Shown here piece after piece: positions 54,925-64,000 of a stretch of DNA of 64,000 nucleotides (positions within the stretch are counted from its first letter, which is position 1; the number at the start of each line of letters is the position of its first letter). The stretch comes from Nitrosopumilus sp. (GTDB lineage Archaea; Thermoproteota; Nitrososphaeria; Nitrososphaerales; Nitrosopumilaceae): positions 421,982 to 485,981 of the forward strand of contig OZ250186.1 in NCBI GenBank assembly GCA_965238275.1. Direction: 5' to 3'. The position numbers and the translations under genes are program-made. The notes below the pieces were generated by a model, which had not been told where the DNA came from, searched no databases, and saw only the letters and a program-made list of their open reading frames with translations.

Positions 54925-56694
54925 GTAATTGTTTCGCTTTTTGAAGTACCCCGGATGGCCTAGCGGGCATCCATGGCGCCGGGAATAAATCTAATGATTT
55001 CGTGCTCGGGACGACAAAGCTAGACTGTCGTGATCTAAATGTGAGTGGGTGCTAGTTCCTTCGAGATAGCAAATGAAGAAACCAGCACACCAGACATGCT
55101 TGGAGGTGGAGGAATTTAAGGCAATACACGAGCCCTCCTTACACTTACCACAAATCCTTCCTGATGCCGGGGCGTGCATGAAACCAGAATGCAGGTGTTG
55201 TCGGTTCTGGACAAGGGTGCTTGGCGATACGATCGGCTTGACAGGCAAGATCTTGGAGGCTGCTGCCGCCGAAGTTGCAGGCAGGCCAGGCGCCAACTGC
55301 AAGGAGATCGAGGACCTGCAGGCACTCGTCTCATCCCTCACAGAGGACAACAAGAGGTACGCCAAGGCCAACAGGGAGCTTAACGCCAAGGCCAACAGGA
55401 TCAACATCCCCACCGTGACCAAGAAAAAGGCAGGCCCAAGGAAGGCCGGCAGGCCCAAGGGGCAAAAACCCACCATCAACTGCAGGCCAAAACGCGTCGA
55501 CCGCGTCGAGGAGATCGACTGCAAGGAATGTCCCGACTGTGGCAACGACAATCTTTCGGACGTGACTGACAGGTACGATCGCATCGTGACTGTCATGCGC
55601 GTCATACTGGAAAACGTCAGGTACGTCATCAAGCGGCGCTGGTGCCGCGGGTGCAAAAAACAGGTCTCTGGAAGGGTTCCCGGCGCGGCAAAACACGCGC
55701 GCCGTTCATCAAACTTTGATGCGGCCATGACGTCCCTGAACATGAACGGTTTGTCGCATGCCAGGGCCGCAGAATTTGGCAGTGACGCGTGGGGGCACAA
55801 AATCTCGCGCCCGTCTGCATACCGCGGCAAGATCAGGCAGGCAGAGCGCATGGCACCGGAGCGTGATTCTGTAAGAAAGCGCGTGTTAGAGGCGCCACAC
55901 CTGAACGCAGACGAATTCCACTGGCCGTTGGGCGGCAAACGCGGCTACGGGATAGTGGCCCTGGCAAAAGACGCCTGCCTCGTGGAGGTGACCGGCTCGC
56001 GGGGCATCAAGACGCTTTGCCACACACTCCCGGACTACAAGGGAACCATAACGCAGGACTCGTATGCAGGATGGCTCCACGTGGGATCGTGCCGCCAGAT
56101 GTGCGTGTGGCACCAGGAACGCCTGGTGCAAAAGGACGTCCTGACCAACCCCAAAGGTGACGTTCCAAAGTTTCTGGACAGGCTGTCGGCAATCCACGAT
56201 AAGATTTATCGCGCATCCAGAATCGAGGACGGGCACACGAGGATCGTCGCGGCCCACTGCATAGACGCGGAGCTGCGCGGGCTGATGAACGAACCGTTTG
56301 CAGACGATGGGCACGGCACCATCGCCAGACACAAGAAGAGGAACCCCCGGGAGGGATACTTTATGACCACCTGCCTGCACGTGGACGGCATCGAGCCGGA
56401 CAACAACGCAGTGGAGAGGGTCAACCGGAGGTTCGTGGCCATAAGGAGCGACGGGGGCGGAAACCGCTCCCAGAAGGGCATGGATGCCAACTCGATCCTG
56501 TTCACGCTGCTGGCAACTGACAGGATCAACGCGAACAGTTTCTTTGATCATCTGGTCCGCTCGTCCTCTGGAGACAGTTGAGGCATCATCTGACGGCACG
56601 TATGGTGCATCACGGGAAAAAAGATTCCACGGCAAGGGAAAGGCTGCACCTGCTCCACTGTTAGGCAGGCCACTTCAAAAAGCGAAACTGTTAC
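54925..56694 (+). mobile_element. IS66-family-like single-ORF IS, 1770 bp, 23-bp TIR (21/23), 8-bp TSD
   Basis: GTAATTGTTTCGCTTTTTGAAGT at 54925-54947. Reverse complement of 56672-56694 is GTAACAGTTTCGCTTTTTGAAGT. TSD AAATTTAT at 54917-54924 and 56695-56702. Confidence 0.9.
55073..56581 (+). CDS. IS66-like DDE transposase
   Basis: Paralog of 31333-32865. CKECPDCGND...CRGCKK. LNADEFHWPLGGKRGYGIVAL, TQDSYAGW, RQMCVWHQER. Confidence 0.8.
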   Translation: MKKPAHQTCLEVEEFKAIHEPSLHLPQILPDAGACMKPECRCCRFWTRVLGDTIGLTGKILEAAAAEVAGRPGANCKEIEDLQALVSSLTEDNKRYAKANRELNAKANRINIPTVTKKKAGPRKAGRPKGQKPTINCRPKRVDRVEEIDCKECPDCGNDNLSDVTDRYDRIVTVMRVILENVRYVIKRRWCRGCKKQVSGRVPGAAKHARRSSNFDAAMTSLNMNGLSHARAAEFGSDAWGHKISRPSAYRGKIRQAERMAPERDSVRKRVLEAPHLNADEFHWPLGGKRGYGIVALAKDACLVEVTGSRGIKTLCHTLPDYKGTITQDSYAGWLHVGSCRQMCVWHQERLVQKDVLTNPKGDVPKFLDRLSAIHDKIYRASRIEDGHTRIVAAHCIDAELRGLMNEPFADDGHGTIARHKKRNPREGYFMTTCLHVDGIEPDNNAVERVNRRFVAIRSDGGGNRSQKGMDANSILFTLLATDRINANSFFDHLVRSSSGDS

Positions 56695-56829
56695 AAATTT
56701 ATCTTGTTTTTTCATGTCAAAAATATACGATTTCCAGAGCTGGAAAATAAGACGTGTTCAGTGGAGGTATGGCATCTGTCCAAGGAAAATGACGGCACTT
56801 GATTTTTTCTGATCATCGGACAGATTCAA

Positions 56830-57273
56830 GATGCCAATCACGAATCAAGTCCCATGTTCGACGATGGAACATCTTTTCGTATTGCATAAGATCTGCAAAT
56901 GCACAATACAAATAATACCAACAATTTGTCAATTCCAACAATGGGTAATTCTAGGGATAAAGCTAGGGATTGGCTTCGCTGACATCCTCATTTATACGCA
57001 TTCTATAACCAAGCTAGACTTCGAAAAATTACCTCGAGTTTGAGGGGATTGCCTGATTTTGTTATTATCGGTGCACAGAAATTCGGAACTACGCTGTATG
57101 ACTTTGTTATCTGGTATCCAGAGATTGCTCCTGCCTTGAAAAAAGAGATAGATTATTTTTCTATAAAATATAAGTTTGGCGAACAATGGTATCGTTCTAA
57201 TTTTCCAACCAATTTGTCAAGACGTTACTTTACAAAAAAACAGGGCGGAAGCTTCTCAGCGGGGAAGCCAGCC
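56830..57273 (+). pseudogene. sulfotransferase N-terminal paralog with in-frame stop, damaged PAPS loop and 3' truncation (approximate bounds)
   Basis: DWLR-stop-HPHLYAFY...LRGLPDFVIIGAQKFGTT-LYD (one codon missing, S to F). Homology to 50630-51377 ends near 57272. Confidence 0.7.
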
Positions 57274-57321
57274 AGAGGGTTCTGTAACGTTATCGGGAGC
57301 TGGAATATGGATCTTCTCTGG
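57274..57321. repeat. dispersed 47-48-nt repeat, copy B
   Basis: AGAGGGTTCTGTAACGTTATCGGGAGCTGGAATATGGATCTTCTCTGG. See 41506-41552. Confidence 0.7.
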
Positions 57322-57331
57322 GGTGATCTAG

Positions 57332-58417
57332 TTAGTTGCAGACAGATTTCACAAAATCCAAGAATGATTTCTGAAACATGGAAGCATCATACCGTTCCAC
57401 ATGCTTTTGCAGGAAAGGCAGATGGTGATCATATTCCCCTGCAATGGCCTTCTCAACCTTCTCCCGCATCGCGTTCAAATCATTGGGCACGTACCGCAAA
57501 TCTGACACCGGCACCGTTTCTTTGGTTCCGCCAGCGTCAGGCACGACCGGCACGCATCCTGCCGCCATTGCTTCTACTACCGATATGCCAAAATCCTCGA
57601 TCATTGCGTGCAAGTACACCTTGGTGCCACGTAATCTGTCACTCATTTCCTTGATTGACACGTTTGGTACTAACTGCACGCTCGGATACTTTGCCCGTAG
57701 CATGTCACGGTGTGCCCGTTCTTTGGAATCACGCATTTGTCCCATGATGGTGTATGGCGACCCTAAGCGCGTCATGACATCGCATGCAAGTCCATATTGC
57801 TTGCGTTTGCCAAACGTTCCAACGCTGGCAACGCCGGATCTCTCTGTTTGATCCTTGGCCTTGAATTTCCCTATGTCAACGCCTGGATACATCACTGTTG
57901 ATTCACGACCCGTATCCTCGCGTACCACGCCAGCCGTGTATTGGGAATTTGTAATGACATGGACGTTTTTATCCTCCCTTATGCGCCGTCGCATCTTTTG
58001 CATTCGTCTCTCAAACATGCCGTAATACGGTTTGCGGACTCCCGCACCCGAGGAACGAACTCCGTACCCATATCCGAAATGGTTGTAGAGAATCACGGGT
58101 TTCTTTGTATCGGGAATGCCAATCAAAGAATCCGGGTATAACAGCACGTCACAATCATGAGCCAATTTGCCCACTCTCACACCGCTGCACCATTGCAATA
58201 CCTGCAGGCGGCCTAGATTAAACGGAAGAACTGATCTGCTCTTTCCAATGACGTTGCCCTGTTTGGCGAACGTGCACGTGATTACCTCGTGTTTTCCATT
58301 CAGGGCTTTTCTCATGTCGCTTATGACATGATGCATCCCGCCCCCTGTCGTCACTAGATACAATATCATGCCAATACGTAATCTGTCCACCAACAGGGTA
58401 TGACCTTGCCATGCCAT
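57332..58417 (-). CDS. family 4 (GT-B) glycosyltransferase
   Basis: EDFGISVVEAMAAGCVPVVPDAGGTKE (E-x7-E region). Confidence 0.85.
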   Translation of the reverse strand: MAWQGHTLLVDRLRIGMILYLVTTGGGMHHVISDMRKALNGKHEVITCTFAKQGNVIGKSRSVLPFNLGRLQVLQWCSGVRVGKLAHDCDVLLYPDSLIGIPDTKKPVILYNHFGYGYGVRSSGAGVRKPYYGMFERRMQKMRRRIREDKNVHVITNSQYTAGVVREDTGRESTVMYPGVDIGKFKAKDQTERSGVASVGTFGKRKQYGLACDVMTRLGSPYTIMGQMRDSKERAHRDMLRAKYPSVQLVPNVSIKEMSDRLRGTKVYLHAMIEDFGISVVEAMAAGCVPVVPDAGGTKETVPVSDLRYVPNDLNAMREKVEKAIAGEYDHHLPFLQKHVERYDASMFQKSFLDFVKSVCN

Positions 58418-58466
58418 ATTTTAATCACATCTTGTCATACTTTGCCTTGTGAAGCACAAGATAACC

Positions 58467-58592
58467 ATGTCCATTGAGGCCGACGTAATAAACTGGATCG
58501 ATTTCCAGATTGAGACAGGCAGGTTCCGCAACAGGAGTCATGGTTTTGAGCTGCGTACCCTATGTGTCCAATGTGGTTTGATGTTGTTTTAG
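58467..58592 (+). CDS. possible 41-aa ribbon-helix-helix (CopG-like) peptide
   Basis: MSIEADVINWIDFQIETGRFRNRSHGFELR resembles the RHH strand-helix-GRxxSRSE-helix pattern. Too short for the ORF track. Confidence 0.25.
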   Translation: MSIEADVINWIDFQIETGRFRNRSHGFELRTLCVQCGLMLF

Positions 58593-58626
58593 GTGGTGGT
58601 CAATTGTTCACTATAGATATATTTTT

Positions 58627-59958
58627 TCACATACGACTTTGTCCTATTGCCATGAAATTGACTCCTTCAAGTTTCACACCAAAAACCCTTCTAGCGTCTA
58701 TGATGTTGCAGGTTCTCATCGTTTTTATAAAGTCATTGGAGGTCAAATTTTTATATTCGTCCCATTCTGTTAAGATCACACAACAGTCAGAATCCATAAG
58801 AGAATTGTTCAGAGATCTAAAATATGAAATCTTTGTACCAAAAACTTCTTTAAAGTTTTTCAACGCCATGGGATCATGAACTCTAATTTTTAGATTATGT
58901 CTCAACATTTCTGTTACTATCTTAATAGATGCTGCTCCTCTTATGTCATCAGTATTTTTCTTAAACGCAAGTCCAAGGACGGTAACCGTGTTGTCTTTAT
59001 TCAAAACATTCTGCTCTTTCATCAATTCTATTATTTTAAAAAATTGTTGGTCGTTTATTTCTTTTACTGCTTTGAAAAAACTGGGGGTTTTTCCAATTTT
59101 TTCTGAAAAATTAATTAGGCCCACCAGATCTTTGGGTAGACAACTCCCTCCAAACCCTGGACCCGCTTTTAAAAACAGCGGACCTATTCTAGAATCCTTT
59201 CCGATGGCATATGCCACAGAGTTCACATCTGACTCGGGTATGTTCTGGCACAGTGTTCCTATGAAGTTAATGAAACTAATTTTTGTAGCAAGAAATGCAT
59301 TATTTGCATATTTTATTAATTCTGCTGTTGAGGGATTTGTGTGAAGAATCTCCGGAAGAGTCTTGTAGAATTTTCTATAGTACTGTTCCAAGATATGTGA
59401 ACTCGGTAGGTTATCTGAGCCGATCACAATCAAATGAGGTTTTAGCAAGTCATCCACAACACGTCCTTCCCTTAAAAATTCAGGATTAACAACCACATCC
59501 ATCTTCTTATCTTTAATCAGATCCTCAAAGACGGGTAGAATCAGGGTTTTAGTGGTCATGGGGGGCAGCGTACTCTTTATCACTAATAGGTGAAACTCTT
59601 TTTTCTTCCTCAGCGAGTCTCTGATATTATGTATGGCTGTCTTGATATAGGACAGGTCTATCTTGTTGTTTTTTAGTGGTGTCCCGACAGTAAGAAAACT
59701 CACATCCGAGTTTTGTATGGCGTGATCAATATCTGTGGTAAACTGGATCTTTTGCTTTCGCATGGAATGGATCAGCATTGTATCTAGACGTGGTTCAAAA
59801 AAATCCATCTTGCCTTTTTTGAGATTGGTGATTTTCTCACGACTGATATCAACACCAATTGTCTTGAAGCCTTTTTTTGCATTAACAATGGCCAATGAAA
59901 GTCCTACAAAGCCCAGCCCTATGACCGAAATTTTGTTTTTTGTGCGTCCGCCCGTCAT
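58627..59958 (-). CDS. ugd: UDP-glucose/GDP-mannose 6-dehydrogenase-family nucleotide-sugar dehydrogenase
   Basis: ISVIGLGFVGLSLA, catalytic GFGGSCLPKD. Confidence 0.9.
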   Translation of the reverse strand: MTGGRTKNKISVIGLGFVGLSLAIVNAKKGFKTIGVDISREKITNLKKGKMDFFEPRLDTMLIHSMRKQKIQFTTDIDHAIQNSDVSFLTVGTPLKNNKIDLSYIKTAIHNIRDSLRKKKEFHLLVIKSTLPPMTTKTLILPVFEDLIKDKKMDVVVNPEFLREGRVVDDLLKPHLIVIGSDNLPSSHILEQYYRKFYKTLPEILHTNPSTAELIKYANNAFLATKISFINFIGTLCQNIPESDVNSVAYAIGKDSRIGPLFLKAGPGFGGSCLPKDLVGLINFSEKIGKTPSFFKAVKEINDQQFFKIIELMKEQNVLNKDNTVTVLGLAFKKNTDDIRGAASIKIVTEMLRHNLKIRVHDPMALKNFKEVFGTKISYFRSLNNSLMDSDCCVILTEWDEYKNLTSNDFIKTMRTCNIIDARRVFGVKLEGVNFMAIGQSRM

Positions 59959-60800
59959 AATTCATTGTTGGCTTTTAAATACTTAAAGGATTCATTAATG
60001 CATTGAATGTATTTTTCAGGAATACCAACATCCAATCTTTTCTCTCCGGGTTTTAATTCCACAGCAAAGCATTTGCCGTCTGCAATTAGGGATTGGATTG
60101 CGTCGGTTAGTTGAACTTCACCCTTTTTATCCGGTCTCGTTCTCTCCAATTTCTCAAAGATCGATGGTTTGAAGATGTATGCGGCAATGACTGCTAGGTT
60201 TGTTTGTGGCTGCTCTGGCTTTTCTTCCAATGCATCTACACGGATAATCCCTGTTCCGATTCTTTGTCCCTCAACCACCCCGTAGGATGTTGGATCTTTT
60301 ACTTTGTCCACCAGAAACACAAGGTCTGCATCGTATGAAAAGAATGCATCCTCCAGCCTTCGAATATGGTCATTATTTGTAGATAGGATTACATCATCTC
60401 CGGCATGAAGCAAAAATGGCTCCTCTGAAAACAGCTTTGCCTTTAGTACGGCATCTCCGAATCCCTTTGGTGCTGGCTGCTGGACGTATGATATGTGGCT
60501 TGTCTGTATTTTTTTGTAAAAGTCCTGCAGATCATTGTTTCCAGAGTACCTGTCAGACCCATCTATTAGAAAATAGTCCTCAATGGATCTCTTTCCACGC
60601 CCTACAACAAAACAAAACTCCCGATATCCGCAATCATATAGTGATTCGTATATTATTTCAAGAATGGGTTTAAGAATAACGTTGCCATCTTTTGATTGTG
60701 CACATACTGGCAGCATTTCTTTTGGTGTTTCCTTGCTAAACGGCAACATCCTAGTTCCAAGTCCAGCAGCTGTAATAACGACTTTTTTTATTCTTCCCAA
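59955..60800 (-). CDS. sugar-1-phosphate nucleotidyltransferase (UTP-glucose-1-phosphate uridylyltransferase-like)
   Basis: VVITAAGLGTRMLPFSKETPKEMLPV. 4-nt overlap with the dehydrogenase gene. Confidence 0.85.
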   Translation of the reverse strand: MGRIKKVVITAAGLGTRMLPFSKETPKEMLPVCAQSKDGNVILKPILEIIYESLYDCGYREFCFVVGRGKRSIEDYFLIDGSDRYSGNNDLQDFYKKIQTSHISYVQQPAPKGFGDAVLKAKLFSEEPFLLHAGDDVILSTNNDHIRRLEDAFFSYDADLVFLVDKVKDPTSYGVVEGQRIGTGIIRVDALEEKPEQPQTNLAVIAAYIFKPSIFEKLERTRPDKKGEVQLTDAIQSLIADGKCFAVELKPGEKRLDVGIPEKYIQCINESFKYLKANNEL

Positions 60801-61270
60801 TTTTTCATATACACTAAATTCTATTTATAACTGCTTTTGTTGTCTCAGTGATACTTGTTTTGACTTAATGTGCACTTCAAAAAATCTCTAATTTATCTGC
60901 CGGAATACACCAGCAGAACATGTCTCAGGCAGATGTGCTCAAAAACGATTTTGGTGGTAAGAGGTCGCCTTTGCGAAGCGATTCCGTGCCTGATCTGCCC
61001 CGATTAATTACCAACTGAGCTACGTTTTCGGCTGTAAATGCCCATTTAATTGGCATTATTCTGGGTTTTTTCCGGGCGGGGAGGAGGGTCCGGCCGAGCT
61101 ATGTTTTGGCCGATCCGGTGATCGGGTTTGCGAAGTGGCCTTTTTTGGCGCGGCCGGGGCGCTGAGTTGTGCCGGGATCGGGTGACAGCCGGTACGGCAG
61201 CCTGACATGCGCCAGACTGCCGGCGCGACGGGTCTGCGTGGGGCAGTCAGGATGGCGGGTTTTGCAGGAT

Positions 61271-63070
61271 TTATGCGACTGTTGCTGCTGCTGCCGGAAT
61301 TTTTTCGACGAGGCCGTGCATATAGTCGACCAAAAAGTCGTGCGGGTTGACTCCGCGCCTCCTGCACGTCTCGCGGACGGTGGCCAGGACGGCGTGGTTG
61401 TATGCGCCGGCAAGGCTCTTGCTGCCGCCTGAGACCTTCCGGGATGCGACGCTGGGCCGCAGGGGACGCTCGGCATCGTTGTTATGGCACTTTGTGTTGA
61501 GGCGGATGAATGGGAACAGGTGGGTGATCTCGCGCCGCAGCCGCTTGACAAACCTCTTGCAGTGGGCGTCTGTGTAGCTGCCCGAGATCAGGCGCCTCAC
61601 CCGGGCCTGGAGGTTGCGCACCTTGAGGTTTCGCGCGGCCTTGTCGTCGTCCGGGTCAAGCCCCTTGTCCGGGTACCATGAATCGATGATTATCCCCTTC
61701 AGGGCCTTGGCAAACTTTTTGAATTCGGGTCCGGGGGATTTCATGGTCAGGGTGCGGAGGATCTCGCGGAGGTAGTGGTAGTGGCACTTTTGGTGGGTCT
61801 TGCCGATGCGGTTCCACGGGGCGTGGGAGTCGGAGGTGACGTGGCCGCCGTACCCTCCAAGCAGCGACACCAGGACGTCGCCTCCCCGGCTCTTGTCCAC
61901 GTGAAAGACAGTCGAGTCGTCACCTACCAGCACCCACAGCCAGTACAGTATCCCGGCTATCTTCCAGCTCGTCTCGTCGCCAAAGACATGCTCTGAGAAG
62001 AATATCTCCCCGAGCATCTCCTCGTAGAGGGGGTGGAGGGATCCCGTAACGGCGTCCACGTGGCTGATGACTGTCGACTTGGCAAGGCCTGCGTGGTGGA
62101 TTATGTTGATCAGACTGCAGATGATGCCGTAGGGGATGCCGTGCATCCTCATGGTAGTCTCCAGGCACGTCAGGCTGGCACCGAACCGCCCCCCTGGGAC
62201 GACCCCGGGGATCTCGGGGGCAAACTGCCTGCCGCATTCCCTGCAGTACCTGCGGACGACTGTATATTGGATGGCAGTCAGTTTCCCGTCGATGATCTCC
62301 TCGACTACCCGGAAGGTCACCTCGGTGGGCCCCGTCGAGAGGGCGTGGCCGTGCGGGCAGGAGTGCAGGTCGACTAACCTCTTTTCAGATATCGGGGGAG
62401 GGTTCCGGCCGGTGCGCAGGCAGACGACCTTCCTGAACGGGTCCGGCGCAGGCCCGGGCGACTCCCGGAGCCGCCTCTTGGAGCGGCGGCTTTTGATGTC
62501 CAGGTTCTCTGCTGCCAGCGCCGAGTTGGCCGCGCGCGCCTCCCTTAGCTGCGAGGCATGCTCGGCTGCCTGCCGTTCCAGGCGGGCTATCCTGTCCATG
62601 ACTGCCTGCGAGACGTCGCATCCCTGCAGGAGGGCGGCGTTTTCTGCCCTCAGCTTCTCTACCTCTGCACTCAAATTCTCCACATCTGTTCCCAGATTCT
62701 CTATCTCGGAGTCCTTTTGTTCTATCTCGGAGTCCTTTTGTTCTATCTCGGAGTCCTTTTGTTCTATCTCGGAGTCCTTTTGTTCTATCTCGGAGTCCTT
62801 TTGCACGTTCTCTTCTTCCAACAGTTTGATCCTGGTATCCATCTCCGTCAGCATCGCGCGTTCCCCTGAGAAGGCCTCTGCCTCCTCCCTCAACTGCTCG
62901 ATGTTTTTCCTCAGCGCCACGCTCTCCTCGTCCCGGGATTTGAGCATGGCAAGGACGGATTCGAAGATGGACTTTGTGTCGGTTACGGAGTTCCAGTCAA
63001 TCTTTTCCAAGTCGATTACAGGCACCATGCCACAACACTGGAAGGCATGATCCATAAAGCTTTTGGACAC
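61271..63070 (-). CDS. IS66-like DDE transposase with expanded coiled coil
   Basis: Paralog of the other two. CPHGH...CRECGRQF. VFGDETSWKIAGILYWLWVLV, HVTSDSHAPW, HQKCHYHYLRE. Confidence 0.8.
   Translation of the reverse strand: MSKSFMDHAFQCCGMVPVIDLEKIDWNSVTDTKSIFESVLAMLKSRDEESVALRKNIEQLREEAEAFSGERAMLTEMDTRIKLLEEENVQKDSEIEQKDSEIEQKDSEIEQKDSEIEQKDSEIENLGTDVENLSAEVEKLRAENAALLQGCDVSQAVMDRIARLERQAAEHASQLREARAANSALAAENLDIKSRRSKRRLRESPGPAPDPFRKVVCLRTGRNPPPISEKRLVDLHSCPHGHALSTGPTEVTFRVVEEIIDGKLTAIQYTVVRRYCRECGRQFAPEIPGVVPGGRFGASLTCLETTMRMHGIPYGIICSLINIIHHAGLAKSTVISHVDAVTGSLHPLYEEMLGEIFFSEHVFGDETSWKIAGILYWLWVLVGDDSTVFHVDKSRGGDVLVSLLGGYGGHVTSDSHAPWNRIGKTHQKCHYHYLREILRTLTMKSPGPEFKKFAKALKGIIIDSWYPDKGLDPDDDKAARNLKVRNLQARVRRLISGSYTDAHCKRFVKRLRREITHLFPFIRLNTKCHNNDAERPLRPSVASRKVSGGSKSLAGAYNHAVLATVRETCRRRGVNPHDFLVDYMHGLVEKIPAAAATVA
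62701..62805. repeat. 21-bp tandem repeat x5 inside the transposase gene
   Basis: CTATCTCGGAGTCCTTTTGTT x5 (last copy partial), encoding (QKDSEIE)5. Confidence 0.95.
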
Positions 63071-63515
63071 GCAGCGTCTGCCGGGAAATGCGGCGCAAAA
63101 GATCCGGCAGGTGAGCCTTGATTTGAAAACTGTCCTGCCTGCGGACCGTACTGATAACGTGCAATTAAATCGGGTATTTATGGTCGAAAACGTAGCTCAG
63201 TTGGTAATTAATCGGGGCAAATCAGGCACGGAATCGCTTCGCAAAGGCGACCTCTTACTTTTGGTGTCACATGAATTGTGGACACAAAAGACCAAAACGA
63301 ATCCCGGATGAATCCCGACAGAGATATCCCAAAACTGATTGAAAGCGCAACAAACACAACACAATTCATGGAGATAATCACATGTGCCGACAGTGGATGT
63401 TATGGTACGCACACTGTCAGGTGTAGAGTCTAGTATGGCCGACGGGTGTGACATTGTGTTAGATGGATATCAGGGCATGCCCACCTAGCACCACGTGTAT
63501 GGTAGATTAATTGAT

Positions 63516-64000
63516 ATGACCTACGAACGGATATTTTATATGAAATGGAACGCGTTCATGATTGCCCACAACGAGGAAAAATTCATAGAACAAACAATAC
63601 ATAGCATCAAAAACCAAACAATCCCGCCGGAGAAGATATACGTTGTTGATGATGGTTCGACTGACTCTACTGGCAGGATACTTGATGCCATGCCGGATTT
63701 GATAGTGGGGCATTTCCCGCCGCACCCGCCAAATCTTGCAAGTGACGATTTCTGGGATAAGCGGAATGCCCTGATGAAGGATGGCTCACGCAACGCAGAC
63801 TACATGCTTTCAATGGACGGAGACATCATACTCCCGGATGACTATATTGAGTGCATCACCAAACGCATGAAGGAAGATGATGTCAAGGTATCTAGTGGCC
63901 TTGATCCTGATGCGCTACGATTGATACCTCCTGAGCCTGGTCTCGTGGTGGATGTGTCATGGTTTTTAAAATCCGCCGCATTGCTGCCTTCGGTCATACT
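63516..64000 (+). CDS. family 2 glycosyltransferase (paralog 3), 3' end outside window
   Basis: ATG at 63516, open to the window end. KWNAFMIAHNEEKF, VDDGSTDSTGRIL, SMDGDIILPDDY. Not in the ORF track because no stop is reached. Confidence 0.8.
   Translation, partial: MTYERIFYMKWNAFMIAHNEEKFIEQTIHSIKNQTIPPEKIYVVDDGSTDSTGRILDAMPDLIVGHFPPHPPNLASDDFWDKRNALMKDGSRNADYMLSMDGDIILPDDYIECITKRMKEDDVKVSSGLDPDALRLIPPEPGLVVDVSWFLKSAALLPSVI

Larger units (their letters stand above)
60956..63258 (-). mobile_element. IS66-family-like single-ORF IS, 2303 bp, unusually long TIRs (74 nt with 1 mismatch, weaker to about 98 nt), 8-bp TSD
   Basis: GTAAGAGGTCGCCTTTGCGAAGCG... at 60956-61029 is the reverse complement of 63185-63258. 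TSD TTTTGGTG at 60948-60955 and 63259-63266. Confidence 0.9.

Noticed and set aside
60956-61029. tRNA-like sequence (GTAGCTCAGTTGGTA) here and in inverted copy at 63185-63258
   Set aside because: There is no complementary D-stem 3' strand, no T arm and no acceptor pairing. The sequence is the terminal inverted repeat of an IS66-like element bounded by an 8-bp TSD.

Overview
The window looks like a chromosomal segment of an ammonia-oxidising archaeon (Nitrososphaerota/Thaumarchaeota-like). Support for this: a heme-copper oxidase cluster with a plastocyanin-like blue copper protein and a 4-TM heme A synthase, F420-linked enzymes, and archaeal-looking tRNAs. All family calls come from motifs read by eye in the supplied translations and DNA; no database search was run.

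Content falls into four groups.

(1) Housekeeping genes: purD, ilvE, aspartate kinase, aminotransferase, mtnA-like, PGI/PMI, a znuABC-like transporter with a NikR-like regulator, a cox cluster, and 3 tRNAs. One of these, tRNA-Arg, is hidden inside an over-long ORF.

(2) A translationally coupled minus-strand operon at 1.6-8.6 kb: ATP-grasp/M20 fusion, minimal K+ channel, GGT, FGase-like amidohydrolase, GNAT. The K+ channel is split inside its selectivity filter by a TnpB-only element. That element has 25-bp inverted ends and TA at both junctions.

(3) A visibly AT-richer island at 21.6-26.2 kb abutting the 3' end of tRNA-Lys. It carries an HNH nuclease with an unassigned N-terminal region, a class-II-like Fic protein and a Swt1-like HEPN protein. 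This is the best candidate for an undescribed defence/toxin module.

(4) A decaying surface-glycan locus at 47-64 kb: four GT2 paralogs, a GT4, Ugd, a GalU-like gene, an epimerase, and sulfotransferase genes that are all disrupted.

At least 8 mobile elements of 5 types are present. Seven have readable target-site duplications: three single-ORF IS66-like, two DDE_Tnp_4/IS5-Harbinger-like, one IS4/IS5-like, and the TnpB element. The eighth is an IS630 remnant.

Two genes in the oxidase neighbourhood are each split across two reading frames.
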